From an uncultured Bacteroidota bacterium (GTDB taxonomy: Bacteria; Bacteroidota; Ignavibacteria; Kryptoniales; JAKASW01), in the NCBI GenBank assembly GCA_963790995.1, contig CAWBQQ010000001.1:514034-578033 (forward strand): DNA of 64,000 nt, in the 5' to 3' direction. The translations under genes and the position numbers were made by a program. Under the pieces are notes generated by a model, which searched no databases, was not told the origin of the DNA, and saw only the letters and a program-made list of their open reading frames with translations. Numbering within the stretch: position 1 is the first letter of the stretch; every line of letters starts with the position of its first letter. Below, in pieces: positions 29,890-39,206 of this stretch.

Positions 29890-32364
29890 CTACATCGTCG
29901 TGGCCGGATCAACATCCGGGAAGAAGCTCACCGAATTTCCGTAAACTCGTTTCAGATCTAAATCGATTTCATCGAGGACTGATTCAAGCCTTTCACCGGC
30001 TTTGTCGAGCTGTTTGCTCATTTTGATTACAATCTGAAATCTAAATCTGCCCAGGAGTCTTCCGATGATTGCCGGTGCCGGGCCGAGCACGGCTATTACA
30101 GGAAGTCTCCTCTTTATTCTCATCGCAGCTCTTTCTGCGGCAGCTGCCGTATCCTTGAAATGCACTCCTCGAAATTCCAGGACAACCATTCGTGAAAAGG
30201 GAGGGTAGTTCAACTGCCTGCGTTCTTCAATTTCTTTATTATAAAAACTTAAATAGTCGTGAGCAGCTACGAACTTCAGAATTTCTTCATCGCTGTTTGA
30301 AACTTGAATGACAACGTCGCCCTGCTTCTCCCGTCTGCCTGCTCTGCCTGAAACTTGCGTCAAAAGCTGGAACGTTCGTTCGTTCGACCTAAAGTCCGGC
30401 ATGAGCATAGTCGAGTCCGCCGATACGACTCCGACTAAAGTCACGCGCGCGAAATCAAGTCCTTTCGCGACCAGCTGCGTTCCGACGAGCATATCGGCTT
30501 CTCCGGTTCCGAATTCCGACAGGATCTTGTCGTGCGCCCCGCGTGCCGTTGTTGTATCGAGGTCCATGCGAATTATCCTCGCCTCCGGGAAGTATTTGCT
30601 CAATTCTTCCTCAACTTTCTGCGTGCCCGTGCCACCATAGTAAAGTTTTTCGCTTTCACATTTAGCGCACCGCACCGGCGGTTCTTTGACAAAGCCGCAA
30701 TAATGACACCGCAAATGCCTTTTCTTTTTGTGAAACGTAAGAGCAACATCACAGTTCGGGCACATCTCGGTCGTGCCGCACTCGCTGCACTGAAGGTACG
30801 TAGAGAATCCTCTCCTGTTCCTGAGTATGATAATTCCTTCTCTCTTTGCGAGGCGGTCGTCAATTCTTGATTTCAGCTCATCACTGAGACTGCCGAACAC
30901 CAATTTTTCTTTCCGCTTCTTCTTCATGTCTATAATTTCAATCTTCGGCATTTTTGCATTATCGATTCTTTCCGGCAGGTTAAGAAGCGTATATTTTCCG
31001 GCCGTGGCGTTATAATACGATTCTACAGACGGAGTCGCGCTGCCGAGAACTGCTGTCGCTTTTTCAATCGAGCAGCGCATCACTGCTACGTCTCTTGCAT
31101 TGTATCGTGGGACAGCGTCGCTTTGTTTGTAGTTTGATTCATGCTCCTCATCAACCACTATCAATCCTAAGTCCTTTACCGGGGCAAACACCGCGCTTCG
31201 TGCCCCGATGACGACTCTTGCCTCACCTCTATGAATACGACGCCATGAGTCGTACCTTTCTCCGAGGGACATCCTGCTGTGCATAACGGCGACGTTCTCT
31301 CCGAATCGCCTCCTGAAACGATCCACAATTTGAGGCGTCAAAGAGATCTCGGGCACAAGAACGATTGCGTTCTTATTCTCTTGAAGCGCGAAGTCGATGG
31401 CTTCGATATATACCTGGGTTTTCCCGCTTCCTGTAACCCCGTGCAGCAGAAAGGTCGAATATTTTTTCGACGACAATGCATCCTTAATTTTATCGACCGC
31501 CTCGATCTGATGCGCCGTCAAATCGAATTTTTTGCCCGCTTCGTGATAGCTGTACTCGGGTTCCCTATAACTTTCCTTATCGTAGAGCTCAACTATTCCC
31601 TTTTCGGCCAGGGCCGTTAATGAGCTCATTTTAGATCTCGTTTGAGCGAGAAGCTCGACTACGCTTACGCCACCTTCCGAAACTTTCAAAAGCTGACCCA
31701 GCTTCAACACGATTTCTGATTGCTTGGGTGCCCTCTTATCGAGTTCTATTAACACGGACGATATCTTTTCGGGCGTGTTATATTTTTCCGTGAATTGGAC
31801 ATAACTCTCGTACCTGATCGAGACCCGGGGCTCGTTAATTTCTTCCGATATTTCCACCATACCGCCCGCCTGCAACTTCCCGACGTGATATCTTATGCCG
31901 CCGAAGCCGACTTTTTTCGCGAGCTGCTTTACCGTCAATTCTTCATTCGCTTTGAGCAATTGAATAATCTTCAAGCGAATCAAATTCTTCTCTTCTGTAC
32001 CATCTTTGATCAATTTCACGACTTGCCTGCTTTCGACGGATGTACCCGTCGGACTGGCAGCCCGGAGCGCCTCACCCCACGAGCTTAAATAATAATCGGA
32101 TATCCAATTTGTCAACCGCAGTATCTCATCAGAAAAGATCGGCTCATCATCGATTACGTCATGGATGGACTTCAGCTCTTTAATTTCGGTTTTGAGAGGC
32201 AAACCGACGACTACGCCGGTGACGAATCTTCTTCTGAAAGGCGCAGTAACTCGTGCACCGATCTTTACGCCTTCGCTTAGATCGCCCGGAATTTCATACG
32301 TGAATTGCCGGTGGACGGGGATTGGAAATGCCACATCGCAGAGTTTTTTCCCACTTACGATCAC
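29890..32364 (-). CDS. priA: Primosomal protein N' (replication restart helicase)
   Basis: Walker A GVTGSGKT, DEEH box, Cys-rich zinc region CSECG..CPNCD..CHYCG..CAKC. Confidence 0.93.
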   Translation of the reverse strand: MIVSGKKLCDVAFPIPVHRQFTYEIPGDLSEGVKIGARVTAPFRRRFVTGVVVGLPLKTEIKELKSIHDVIDDEPIFSDEILRLTNWISDYYLSSWGEALRAASPTGTSVESRQVVKLIKDGTEEKNLIRLKIIQLLKANEELTVKQLAKKVGFGGIRYHVGKLQAGGMVEISEEINEPRVSIRYESYVQFTEKYNTPEKISSVLIELDKRAPKQSEIVLKLGQLLKVSEGGVSVVELLAQTRSKMSSLTALAEKGIVELYDKESYREPEYSYHEAGKKFDLTAHQIEAVDKIKDALSSKKYSTFLLHGVTGSGKTQVYIEAIDFALQENKNAIVLVPEISLTPQIVDRFRRRFGENVAVMHSRMSLGERYDSWRRIHRGEARVVIGARSAVFAPVKDLGLIVVDEEHESNYKQSDAVPRYNARDVAVMRCSIEKATAVLGSATPSVESYYNATAGKYTLLNLPERIDNAKMPKIEIIDMKKKRKEKLVFGSLSDELKSRIDDRLAKREGIIILRNRRGFSTYLQCSECGTTEMCPNCDVALTFHKKKRHLRCHYCGFVKEPPVRCAKCESEKLYYGGTGTQKVEEELSKYFPEARIIRMDLDTTTARGAHDKILSEFGTGEADMLVGTQLVAKGLDFARVTLVGVVSADSTMLMPDFRSNERTFQLLTQVSGRAGRREKQGDVVIQVSNSDEEILKFVAAHDYLSFYNKEIEERRQLNYPPFSRMVVLEFRGVHFKDTAAAAERAAMRIKRRLPVIAVLGPAPAIIGRLLGRFRFQIVIKMSKQLDKAGERLESVLDEIDLDLKRVYGNSVSFFPDVDPATTM

Positions 32365-32536
32365 GAAGAGTTCCTCAGCTGCTAATTTTTAGTAAAGAAT
32401 GGAGACATTTGTCCCCGCTAAGATTGCAAAGAGACTGTAACTATCTATTTATTATAAGTAACGCTCGCGCACACAGCAAGTGTCGCAGATGCATTCTGTC
32501 GTCGAAGCCACGTTGCATGCCCCGCATTTTCGGCTT

Positions 32537-33823
32537 TCACTCGCGATTCAACTCCGCATTCAGCTTTTGCATCACTTCGGAAAGAGGAAGCGACAATGAT
32601 TCTGCAACGCGTTTGCATTCCTCAAATTCAGCCGCCACCCTTATTCTACCGTTGACGCTGCTCTCTTTGACTTTTATATCTCCGAAGCTGGTCTTTGCAA
32701 TCTTAGTTTCCCTGTGAACTTTGATCCGCCTTATATTTTGGATCCGTAGCCCGAGCGTAGTCGTCTGCGAGAAAATTTCATCTGAAATTTTCTCAAGCGA
32801 AGATTCGCCGGTCAAAACCGAAAGAAGAAACCCTGGCCTTCCTTTCTTCATAATGACCGGCACGACGAACGCATCTGTCGCTCCGGCAGAAATCACTTTT
32901 TCAATTACGTGCGGGATCAGCTGCGGGTTTATGTCGTCCATGTTGGTCTCAACCAGGACAGTATGGTCTTCCTCATGATCCGATTTCAATTCCCCGATTA
33001 CGACTCGCAACAAATTCGGCAGGCGGCCTAAATCTCTTGTGCCGGCTCCATATCCGATTTTTTCAATCTTTATGGGTCTGTTCTTAAGAACGCCTTTGGA
33101 AAGTGCAGCTACAATTGCTGCTCCGGTCGGAGTAGTCAATTCGTAAGGAAGATCGTTGAACACAACCGGATATTCTTTCAATATCTCGAGTGCAGCGGGA
33201 GCTGGAACAGGCAGGATGCCGTGCTTCGCTTCTATATATCCGTTCGAGCCGACGCGAACCGGAGAAGTAAACACATCTTCGACTCTGCTGAGCTCAAGAC
33301 AAACCGCAGTCCCGACTATATCGATTATCGAATCGACCGCACCGACCTCATGGAAGTGGATTTTGTCGATGGTCGTGTCGTGAACTTTAGATTCGGCTTC
33401 TGCAAGTTTGAGAAAAATGGCAAGCGACTTCAACTTCACGTAATCCGACAAGCCTGAATTTTCAATAAGGTGTTTTATTTCGAGATAATTCCTGCTCCCT
33501 TGAACAATGTCTTCTCCGTGACCATGATGATGACCATGAGATTTACCCTGCTTCTCATGAGAAGTATCTTGCGCGGTAGAATGTTGATGGACATCTGCGC
33601 CAAGGTCGGTTACATTTTCTATTTCGCCGGAAACCTGCACGTCAACCTTCGCAGCAGTAATTCCGCTCCGAACAACTTTCCCGATTTTTAATTCCCAGTT
33701 CCCGATTCCTAATTTTGCGAGCTCATCTTTCAATTGCTGCGCATCCACACCTGCAGATATGAATGCTCCGAGTACCATGTCGCCGGCTATGCCCGCAAAT
33801 GTATCGAAATATGCTATTTTCAT
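32537..33823 (-). CDS. larC: Nickel-pincer cofactor biosynthesis protein LarC (DUF111)
   Basis: MKIAYFDTFAGIAGDMVLGAFISAGV N-terminus and a His-rich insert. Confidence 0.88.
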   Translation of the reverse strand: MKIAYFDTFAGIAGDMVLGAFISAGVDAQQLKDELAKLGIGNWELKIGKVVRSGITAAKVDVQVSGEIENVTDLGADVHQHSTAQDTSHEKQGKSHGHHHGHGEDIVQGSRNYLEIKHLIENSGLSDYVKLKSLAIFLKLAEAESKVHDTTIDKIHFHEVGAVDSIIDIVGTAVCLELSRVEDVFTSPVRVGSNGYIEAKHGILPVPAPAALEILKEYPVVFNDLPYELTTPTGAAIVAALSKGVLKNRPIKIEKIGYGAGTRDLGRLPNLLRVVIGELKSDHEEDHTVLVETNMDDINPQLIPHVIEKVISAGATDAFVVPVIMKKGRPGFLLSVLTGESSLEKISDEIFSQTTTLGLRIQNIRRIKVHRETKIAKTSFGDIKVKESSVNGRIRVAAEFEECKRVAESLSLPLSEVMQKLNAELNRE

Positions 33824-33881
33824 TACTTTCCGTCGTCCTTATATCCGTTTATTGCTTTGTCACGCGGTCACATATTGCTAT

Positions 33882-34880
33882 CTAGTACTCGTCTTTGCCG
33901 GGTCTTGTCATCAAGTCACGAACGGCCTTCCGCGGATCCTTTCCGTTGAAGAGAACTTCATACACCTGTTCCATGATAGGCATCTCGACGCCGAATTTCT
34001 TTGCAAGCTGGTTCGCCGCCTTCGCCGTCGGAACTCCCTCGGCTACCATTTTGATTTCGTCCAAAACTTCATCCAACTTCCTACCGCCTGCGACTTGCTC
34101 GCCGACGAATCTATTCCTGCTGTACCGGCTCATGCAAGTGACGATCAAATCTCCCATGCCCGCAAGACCGGAAAATGTTTTATGATGCGAACCGAGAGTT
34201 TCTCCGAGTCTTGTTATCTCCACCATGCCGCGTGTCATCAATGCGGCTTTTGTGTTGTCGCCGTAGCCGGCACCATCGCTCATCCCCGCGGCTAATGCAA
34301 TGACGTTCTTCAGCGCCCCGCAAAGTTCGACGCCTTTCACATCCCTATTCAAATAAACTCTGAAATAAGAATTCATGAAAAGCTTCTGGACAAGCTCCGC
34401 GCTCTTTCTGTGGTGCGACGCGGCAACGATAGCCGTCGGCATTCTCCGGCTTACTTCTTCCGCATGACTCGGCCCGGAGAGAACCACATAATTTTCTAAC
34501 GGGCATTTTGCTAAAGATGATTGGACCACGTCCGACATCGTGCAAAGTGTCGCGGCTTCGATCCCCTTCGCTGTATTGACAAATAGTTTTTTCCGAAAAT
34601 CGAGGACAGAAATTTTCTTCAGTTGATCGCGGAGAAATTGAGAGGGAATGGAAGCGACAACGATGTCAGCAGAAGCAGAAGCAGCTTCGATGTCGAAAGT
34701 TATTTCAATCTCACGAGGGATTGTAACTCCGCGAAGATAAGTGCGATTTTCCCTCGTCTCCGAAATCTCACGGGCAAAATCTTCATTGTACGCCCAAAGT
34801 TTAACGCTTGCCCCATTATCAAGAAGAAGAATTGAGAGCGCCGTTCCCCAACCGCCGGCGCCAAGCACGGTGACATTCAT
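33882..34880 (-). CDS. gpsA: NAD(P)H-dependent glycerol-3-phosphate dehydrogenase
   Basis: VLGAGGWGTAL, GALKNVIALAAG. Confidence 0.93.
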   Translation of the reverse strand: MNVTVLGAGGWGTALSILLLDNGASVKLWAYNEDFAREISETRENRTYLRGVTIPREIEITFDIEAASASADIVVASIPSQFLRDQLKKISVLDFRKKLFVNTAKGIEAATLCTMSDVVQSSLAKCPLENYVVLSGPSHAEEVSRRMPTAIVAASHHRKSAELVQKLFMNSYFRVYLNRDVKGVELCGALKNVIALAAGMSDGAGYGDNTKAALMTRGMVEITRLGETLGSHHKTFSGLAGMGDLIVTCMSRYSRNRFVGEQVAGGRKLDEVLDEIKMVAEGVPTAKAANQLAKKFGVEMPIMEQVYEVLFNGKDPRKAVRDLMTRPGKDEY

Positions 34881-35572
34881 TTACCTGAGATAGTGCGCGT
34901 CTTTGATTTGTGGAAAAATTCTAATTCCCCGAGCCGATGCTCTTGTCCATGCAAAAGACGAGCTATATTTGAGCGATGATTGTATATCAAGAAAATTGAA
35001 ATCGCAATGCTGAAAAAAATCATCGAGTGGTAATATCTCGTCACGACTTCAAACACATTTGCCCTAACGAACATCGCGAGCGGGAAGGCGATTGCCGCAC
35101 TAACCGAACCGAGTGAAACATACTTTGAACTTGCGACGACTATTGCAAAAACGCCCGCGGCGATCGCGACCTCTATCGGCGCAATTCCTATCAACATGCC
35201 GGCTGCCGTGGCGATTCCCTTCCCACCTTTGAAGCCGGCGAAGACCGTCCATGTATGACCGAGAATCGCACTTATTCCTGCGATGATTTGGACCACTGTG
35301 AAATCTGAAAATGGCGTTCCATTGGTGAGCGGAAAATTGCCGAAAAATAACCGGGAAAGTACAACAGCCGCAAGAAAACCCTTCAACGCGTCAAACAAAA
35401 TCACAAATACTCCCGGCCCCCAACCGAGCACACGAATTACATTCGTGCCGCCCGCGTTTCCGCTCCCATAATTCCGTATGTCAATACCTCTTACGACTTT
35501 GGTAAGGATGATACTTGTCGGAATCGAACCGACTAAGAAACTCAAGAGCACCACAATAATAAGTGAAACCAA
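34877..35572 (-). CDS. plsY: Glycerol-3-phosphate acyltransferase
   Basis: GSGNAGGTNV and FKGGKGIATAAG motifs. 4-nt overlap with gpsA. Confidence 0.92.
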   Translation of the reverse strand: MVSLIIVVLLSFLVGSIPTSIILTKVVRGIDIRNYGSGNAGGTNVIRVLGWGPGVFVILFDALKGFLAAVVLSRLFFGNFPLTNGTPFSDFTVVQIIAGISAILGHTWTVFAGFKGGKGIATAAGMLIGIAPIEVAIAAGVFAIVVASSKYVSLGSVSAAIAFPLAMFVRANVFEVVTRYYHSMIFFSIAISIFLIYNHRSNIARLLHGQEHRLGELEFFHKSKTRTISGK

Positions 35573-35713
35573 AACTACCTCCTTAAGACCTTATAAATTT
35601 AGATGCTCAGGCTGTCAAATGCAATGCAAGACGGCGGGAATAGGGATAGCTTTAACGACAAAATCGGAAAAAGTCCCGCAAGAATGCCCCCGAGGTTCGC
35701 GCAACGGTCATCG

Positions 35714-36272
35714 TCACGAGTGCTTTTTATAGTGAAGGGCAACGACACCGGATTGGAAGGCTTTCAAACCGACAAAGTCGAGCGCAATCCTATCCTGCGG
35801 CTTCACGGTTTCGAATAACCGCGGTCCTTTTCCGGCAACGACCGGATGAATCACGAAATGATACTCGTCAATCAAACCGCGCTGTGAAAGTTGCGACGCA
35901 ATGCTCAAACTACCTGCGGAAATGTCTTTCCCGGGCTGCTGCTTCAGCCCGAGCACCTATTCCGCAATGTTTGCGCGCACGATTCTTGTATTGCTGCTCC
36001 CAGCTTGTTTCAATGCGGTGGAGAATACGACCTTGTTCGAGCGAATCGAACAGGCGAGCGAACTCATAGTTTGCTTGCGTGCCCGATTGGTTCCTGGCGA
36101 CATCGGGCCCATAGGGCACCATTAATTCATACGTCTTCCGTCCAAAGAGAAGAACATCCATGTCGCGTAGCAGCGTGGTGAAATACTCGAGGATCTCGTC
36201 GTCGGCGATCATGTCTGTGTGATTGCAATACCCGTCAGCGGTTATGTTTATGGCAAAAACGACTTTTCTCAT
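35714..36272 (-). pseudogene. Dihydrofolate reductase family (RibD C-terminal domain) gene with one frameshift and one in-frame TAG
   Basis: [15 protein letters not shown]...LLFGRKTYE in frame 1. [46 protein letters not shown]...[17 protein letters not shown] in frame 2. TAG at 35957-35959 sits where homologues have Glu. Confidence 0.8.
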
Positions 36273-36348
36273 AGACGTCCTTATATGATGTTATATAAAA
36301 AGCCCAGGCGCCGCTTGATCGAATTTCTAAGTACCGAGTACGGCGGCG

Positions 36349-36544
36349 GCGCATGTCGGTTAACGCATGATGGAACAAGGTCGTGCCATGCTCCTTCTTG
36401 ATATTATGCGCGCGCGATGAAGCGAGCACCATGATATATGCCGCCTTGCGGCATCCCGCGTACCACAACTATAATGATGAGCGGGACAATAATGTGGAGC
36501 GTCTTTCTTTCGCATGTTAGCCGACGCGCAACCCGTTGTTGGGA
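36349..36544 (-). repeat. Modular palindromic spacer A (contains the 80-nt core hairpin module at 36418-36499)
   Basis: Arms 36349-36369 and 36511-36529 are complementary (GCGC(AT)GTCGGTTAAC(GC)ATG vs CGCATGTTAGCCGACGCGC). End boxes are GGTTAAC and GTTGGGA on the plus strand. Confidence 0.6.
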
Positions 36545-36575
36545 CCTTGGTCTGCACATTTGCCATGACCAGAGC

Positions 36576-37052
36576 TCAATTTACTTCGAACTTCAGCGAA
36601 AATATTCCACAGTACTCATTCGCAGTCAGCACATACGGACCTGGAGCTGTCTGTGCGTCTCCAAGGTCTGCTATTGGGATGATGAAAGTGCATGGCCCAA
36701 TCTGTTGTGATTGATGCGGAACAATCGTATGGTCACTCCCGTGTTCGCAGGTTCCTCCTCTTTGGTACGACAATCTGGTCTTGCCAGTGTCGTCTTGAAC
36801 CTGCCACGAACCTACTGGATCGCAGTCAAAAACAAAATACTCCACGGTATCTTCTCCTGGGTTATATACCGTCGTCGTTGCGACCAAAGTGTCATGGATT
36901 CCATATGAGGTTCGCGGGATAGCAAATGTGAACTGCAAGCCATTGGATTTAAGAGTGTCAGTAATTGGCGATACGGGGTTAACCTTCGTGCAGCCAGCCC
37001 ATAATAGAAATAGACTTAGGATAACGATGGTACGCCTCATAAATACCTCCAT
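36576..37052 (-). CDS. Hypothetical lipoprotein (158 aa)
   Basis: Signal peptide with lipobox-like LWAGC. RBS GGAGG upstream. Confidence 0.6.
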   Translation of the reverse strand: MEVFMRRTIVILSLFLLWAGCTKVNPVSPITDTLKSNGLQFTFAIPRTSYGIHDTLVATTTVYNPGEDTVEYFVFDCDPVGSWQVQDDTGKTRLSYQRGGTCEHGSDHTIVPHQSQQIGPCTFIIPIADLGDAQTAPGPYVLTANEYCGIFSLKFEVN

Positions 37053-37134
37053 ATTATGTCCTTCAAACTACAAGGTTCTGTTTCGTTGCGTGTCGGCAGT
37101 CCACCACAAAGAAGCCGTGGCGCGTTTCGCGCCG

Positions 37135-37237
37135 TGAAGCGAGTACCATGATATATGCCGCCTTGCGGCATCCCGCGTGCCACATATATAATGATGAGCG
37201 GGATAATAATCGAGCATCGTGATTGCCGTTGTTATGT
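37135..37237 (-). repeat. Spacer B (core hairpin module plus the CCGTTGTT-type end)
   Basis: TGAAGCGAGTACCATGATATATGCCGCCTTGCGGCATCCCGCGTGCCACA...GATTGCCGTTGTTATGT. It lacks the other-end block seen in spacers A, C and D. Confidence 0.55.
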
Positions 37238-37260
37238 TAAGTTTTTGGCTGAATGTCATT

Positions 37261-37749
37261 CTAACATTCCTCTTTCTTTAGTTCCATCCTCACGGAGGCT
37301 CCTTGGCTGACGAGCCATTTTGCTTCGTAGCTTCCAGCGCCATCAGAAAAGTGGCCTGTGACAACAAAGCCGCCCTCAACTTGCTCAAGTGAGAAGAATT
37401 TGCTGTCAACAGAATCAAACCAGGGATCAAACATACAAGAAACATCAAGATTGACGGTATCGCCTCCAACTACTACGAACGCCTTGTCTAAAACTGTCAA
37501 AGGGGTTTCCCAATCTGTGCCAAAGTAAGGGCGTCCATCAATCAAACAGACACCTTTCCACCGATCCTTTGGAGGACCAACCACACAATACTTTATCGAA
37601 TGCTTTGTCGAGTCGAACCACGAAGCCTGCATATGGAGAACCACATCGGTGCTAAGCCGAATCACTGCAGAACGTTTGAGCTTAAACTCATGTCTGCCTC
37701 CCTGTTGAAGAAGGAGCAGAGTAAACAAGATTACTTTCAAATATCCCAT
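37261..37749 (-). CDS. Hypothetical secreted protein (162 aa)
   Basis: N-terminal hydrophobic segment and an ORF bounded by the repeat spacers. Confidence 0.55.
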   Translation of the reverse strand: MGYLKVILFTLLLLQQGGRHEFKLKRSAVIRLSTDVVLHMQASWFDSTKHSIKYCVVGPPKDRWKGVCLIDGRPYFGTDWETPLTVLDKAFVVVGGDTVNLDVSCMFDPWFDSVDSKFFSLEQVEGGFVVTGHFSDGAGSYEAKWLVSQGASVRMELKKEEC

Positions 37750-37770
37750 TGTGCCCTAGCCAAAAATTTC

Positions 37771-37811
37771 GCATAACGTCCTGCCGGACAGAGTCGTCCC
37801 GCGCTCCTTCT
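37771..37811 (-). repeat. Spacer B2, carrying only the GCATAACGTCCTGCC...TCGTCCCGCGCTCCTTCT block
   Basis: Near-identical block at 39016-39050 in spacer D (GCCTAACGTCCTGCC...TCGTCCCGC). Confidence 0.4.
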
Positions 37812-37854
37812 CCTATTATGTTCGCGCCATGTCCGCCTCCGATAATGGCACAGC

Positions 37855-38418
37855 TTACTTTTCAATATTAACTTCCTTAGCGACAAACGAGTATGATGCC
37901 ACAAGTTCCTTGAACGCGGGAAACGCGCTTTGGAAAGCCTCCTCTGTGCGTGCGCTTAAGACAATCATGGAAACAATCGTTTCTTCGTCAATATAAGCAA
38001 CGGCTTCGTGTTGCGAGTAGTCAAATATCCTCACAAACGCCTTTTTCCCATCCTTGGTCAGCAACGTTTCGGAGTCGGTGATTTCAATTCCAGGATGCTC
38101 AGTCTTAAATTGTTGCATGTCATACGCCATGACTTTGTCCACTGTCTCGTTGCCCTCGGTTGATTTGCTGGACGTGTTAGCATACATGACAGCTTCGGAC
38201 TCCCGCCAGCTGCCGCCTCGTGGATAAAAGACAGCATAGAGCCCATCGGGGACACCGCTTGAATTGTCGAGCACCCAGCCATGTGGCGCGGTTAGGAAAA
38301 ACGCATGGTCGCTGCCGTAAACGAGTCCTGTATTATAATCTGAACTATCTTGTGTTGCTTCCTGGCCAAATGCGATACCAACAAACAGCGTTAGAAAAAC
38401 TATACTTAACCTCTTCAT
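37855..38418 (-). CDS. Hypothetical secreted protein (187 aa)
   Basis: Signal peptide MKRLSIVFLTLFVGIAFGQ. RBS AAGGAG 6 nt upstream of the ATG. Confidence 0.6.
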   Translation of the reverse strand: MKRLSIVFLTLFVGIAFGQEATQDSSDYNTGLVYGSDHAFFLTAPHGWVLDNSSGVPDGLYAVFYPRGGSWRESEAVMYANTSSKSTEGNETVDKVMAYDMQQFKTEHPGIEITDSETLLTKDGKKAFVRIFDYSQHEAVAYIDEETIVSMIVLSARTEEAFQSAFPAFKELVASYSFVAKEVNIEK

Positions 38419-38448
38419 TATTTCTCCTTTATTTTTGTCAGCAATTGT

Positions 38449-38611
38449 AGCTAACTTCCACGGGAATCACGTCGTCGCACGCTCCTTCTTCATATGATGT
38501 GTGCGGCATGAAGCGAGCACCATGATATATGCCGCCTTGCGGCATCCCGCGTACCACATATACAATTATGAGCCGGATGGTAATCCAGAGTCGTGATTGC
38601 CGTTGTTGGGC
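38449..38611 (-). repeat. Modular palindromic spacer C (best attC-like geometry; core module at 38509-38590)
   Basis: In ORF orientation: GCCCAAC-AACGG-CAATCACGAC ... GACGTGATTCCCGTGGAA-GTTAGCT. It starts 10 nt after the upstream stop and ends 30 nt before the next ATG. Confidence 0.6.
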
Positions 38612-38621
38612 GCTCGTGCCA

Positions 38622-38978
38622 CTACTCGCACTCCATGATCATCATGATTACGGCGATCGGGAGATTTCCTTCTATAACATAAAGCCGTGTGCCTCGCGAG
38701 CAATCCTTGACATACTGTCCATCAAATTCATACAGGCGTGCACCACTGGAGTATTTCTTCATGTACTTGCCATCCCACTCCAGAACTCTCTTTCCGTCAT
38801 GGTACCGCTTCAAGTACTTGCCGTCCCATTCGTACTGTCTGGTTCCATCAGCATATGCCTTTATGTATTTGCCGTCAAACTGCGCAACTCTGACACCACC
38901 CGAATATTTCTTTAACTACTGGCCATCCCATTCAAAAATCCTCGCGCCACGAGAATACTATTTGATATAACTACTCAT
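38622..38978 (-). pseudogene. 17-residue-repeat protein gene with two in-frame TAG codons
   Basis: MSSYIK-TAG-YSRGARIFEWDGQ-TAG-LKKYSGGVRVAQFDGKYIKAYADGTRQYEWDGKYLKRYHDGKRVLEWDGKYMKKYSSGARLYEFDGQYVKD... TAGs at 38958-38960 and 38916-38918. The second replaces the repeat-conserved Tyr. Confidence 0.6.
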
Positions 38979-39015
38979 GAATGCCTACCAGTTTTGCTGA
39001 GTGTGCTGGCATGAC

Positions 39016-39198
39016 GCCTAACGTCCTGCCCAAAAGAGTTCGTCCCGCTTGTCGCTATAAATATTGCTTGGCATCCACGAAGCGGCAAAGCTGGATGAAG
39101 CGAGCACCATGATATACGCCGCGTCGCGGCATCCTGTATACCACATACATAACGATGAGCGGGACGATAATTGAGCGCCTTCCTTGCGTTTTTTACGC
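39016..39198 (-). repeat. Modular spacer D (diverged core module at 39096-39177)
   Basis: Ends in ORF orientation with GGCAGGAC-GTTAGGC. Inner pair TCGTCCCGCT / AGCGGGACGA. The core hairpin is changed to GCCGCG-AC-GCGGC. Confidence 0.55.
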
Positions 39199-39206
39199 GA
39201 AGTTCG

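Noticed and set aside
36235-36566. Small ORFs sharing PAHHY.CGTRDAARRHISW.SLH peptides (36235-36468, 36360-36566, 37068-37259, 38975-39217).
   Set aside because: The shared peptide is a translation of the repeated 80-nt spacer module. The ORFs have no consistent starts or ends and overlap the hairpins.
35957-38960. Genome-wide reassignment or read-through of TAG (amber), suggested by three in-frame TAGs.
   Set aside because: TAG terminates several well-formed genes at family-typical C-termini, including lemA at 6621, the TPM gene at 4248 and the CoA-binding gene at 9255. Ordinary nonsense mutations are more likely.
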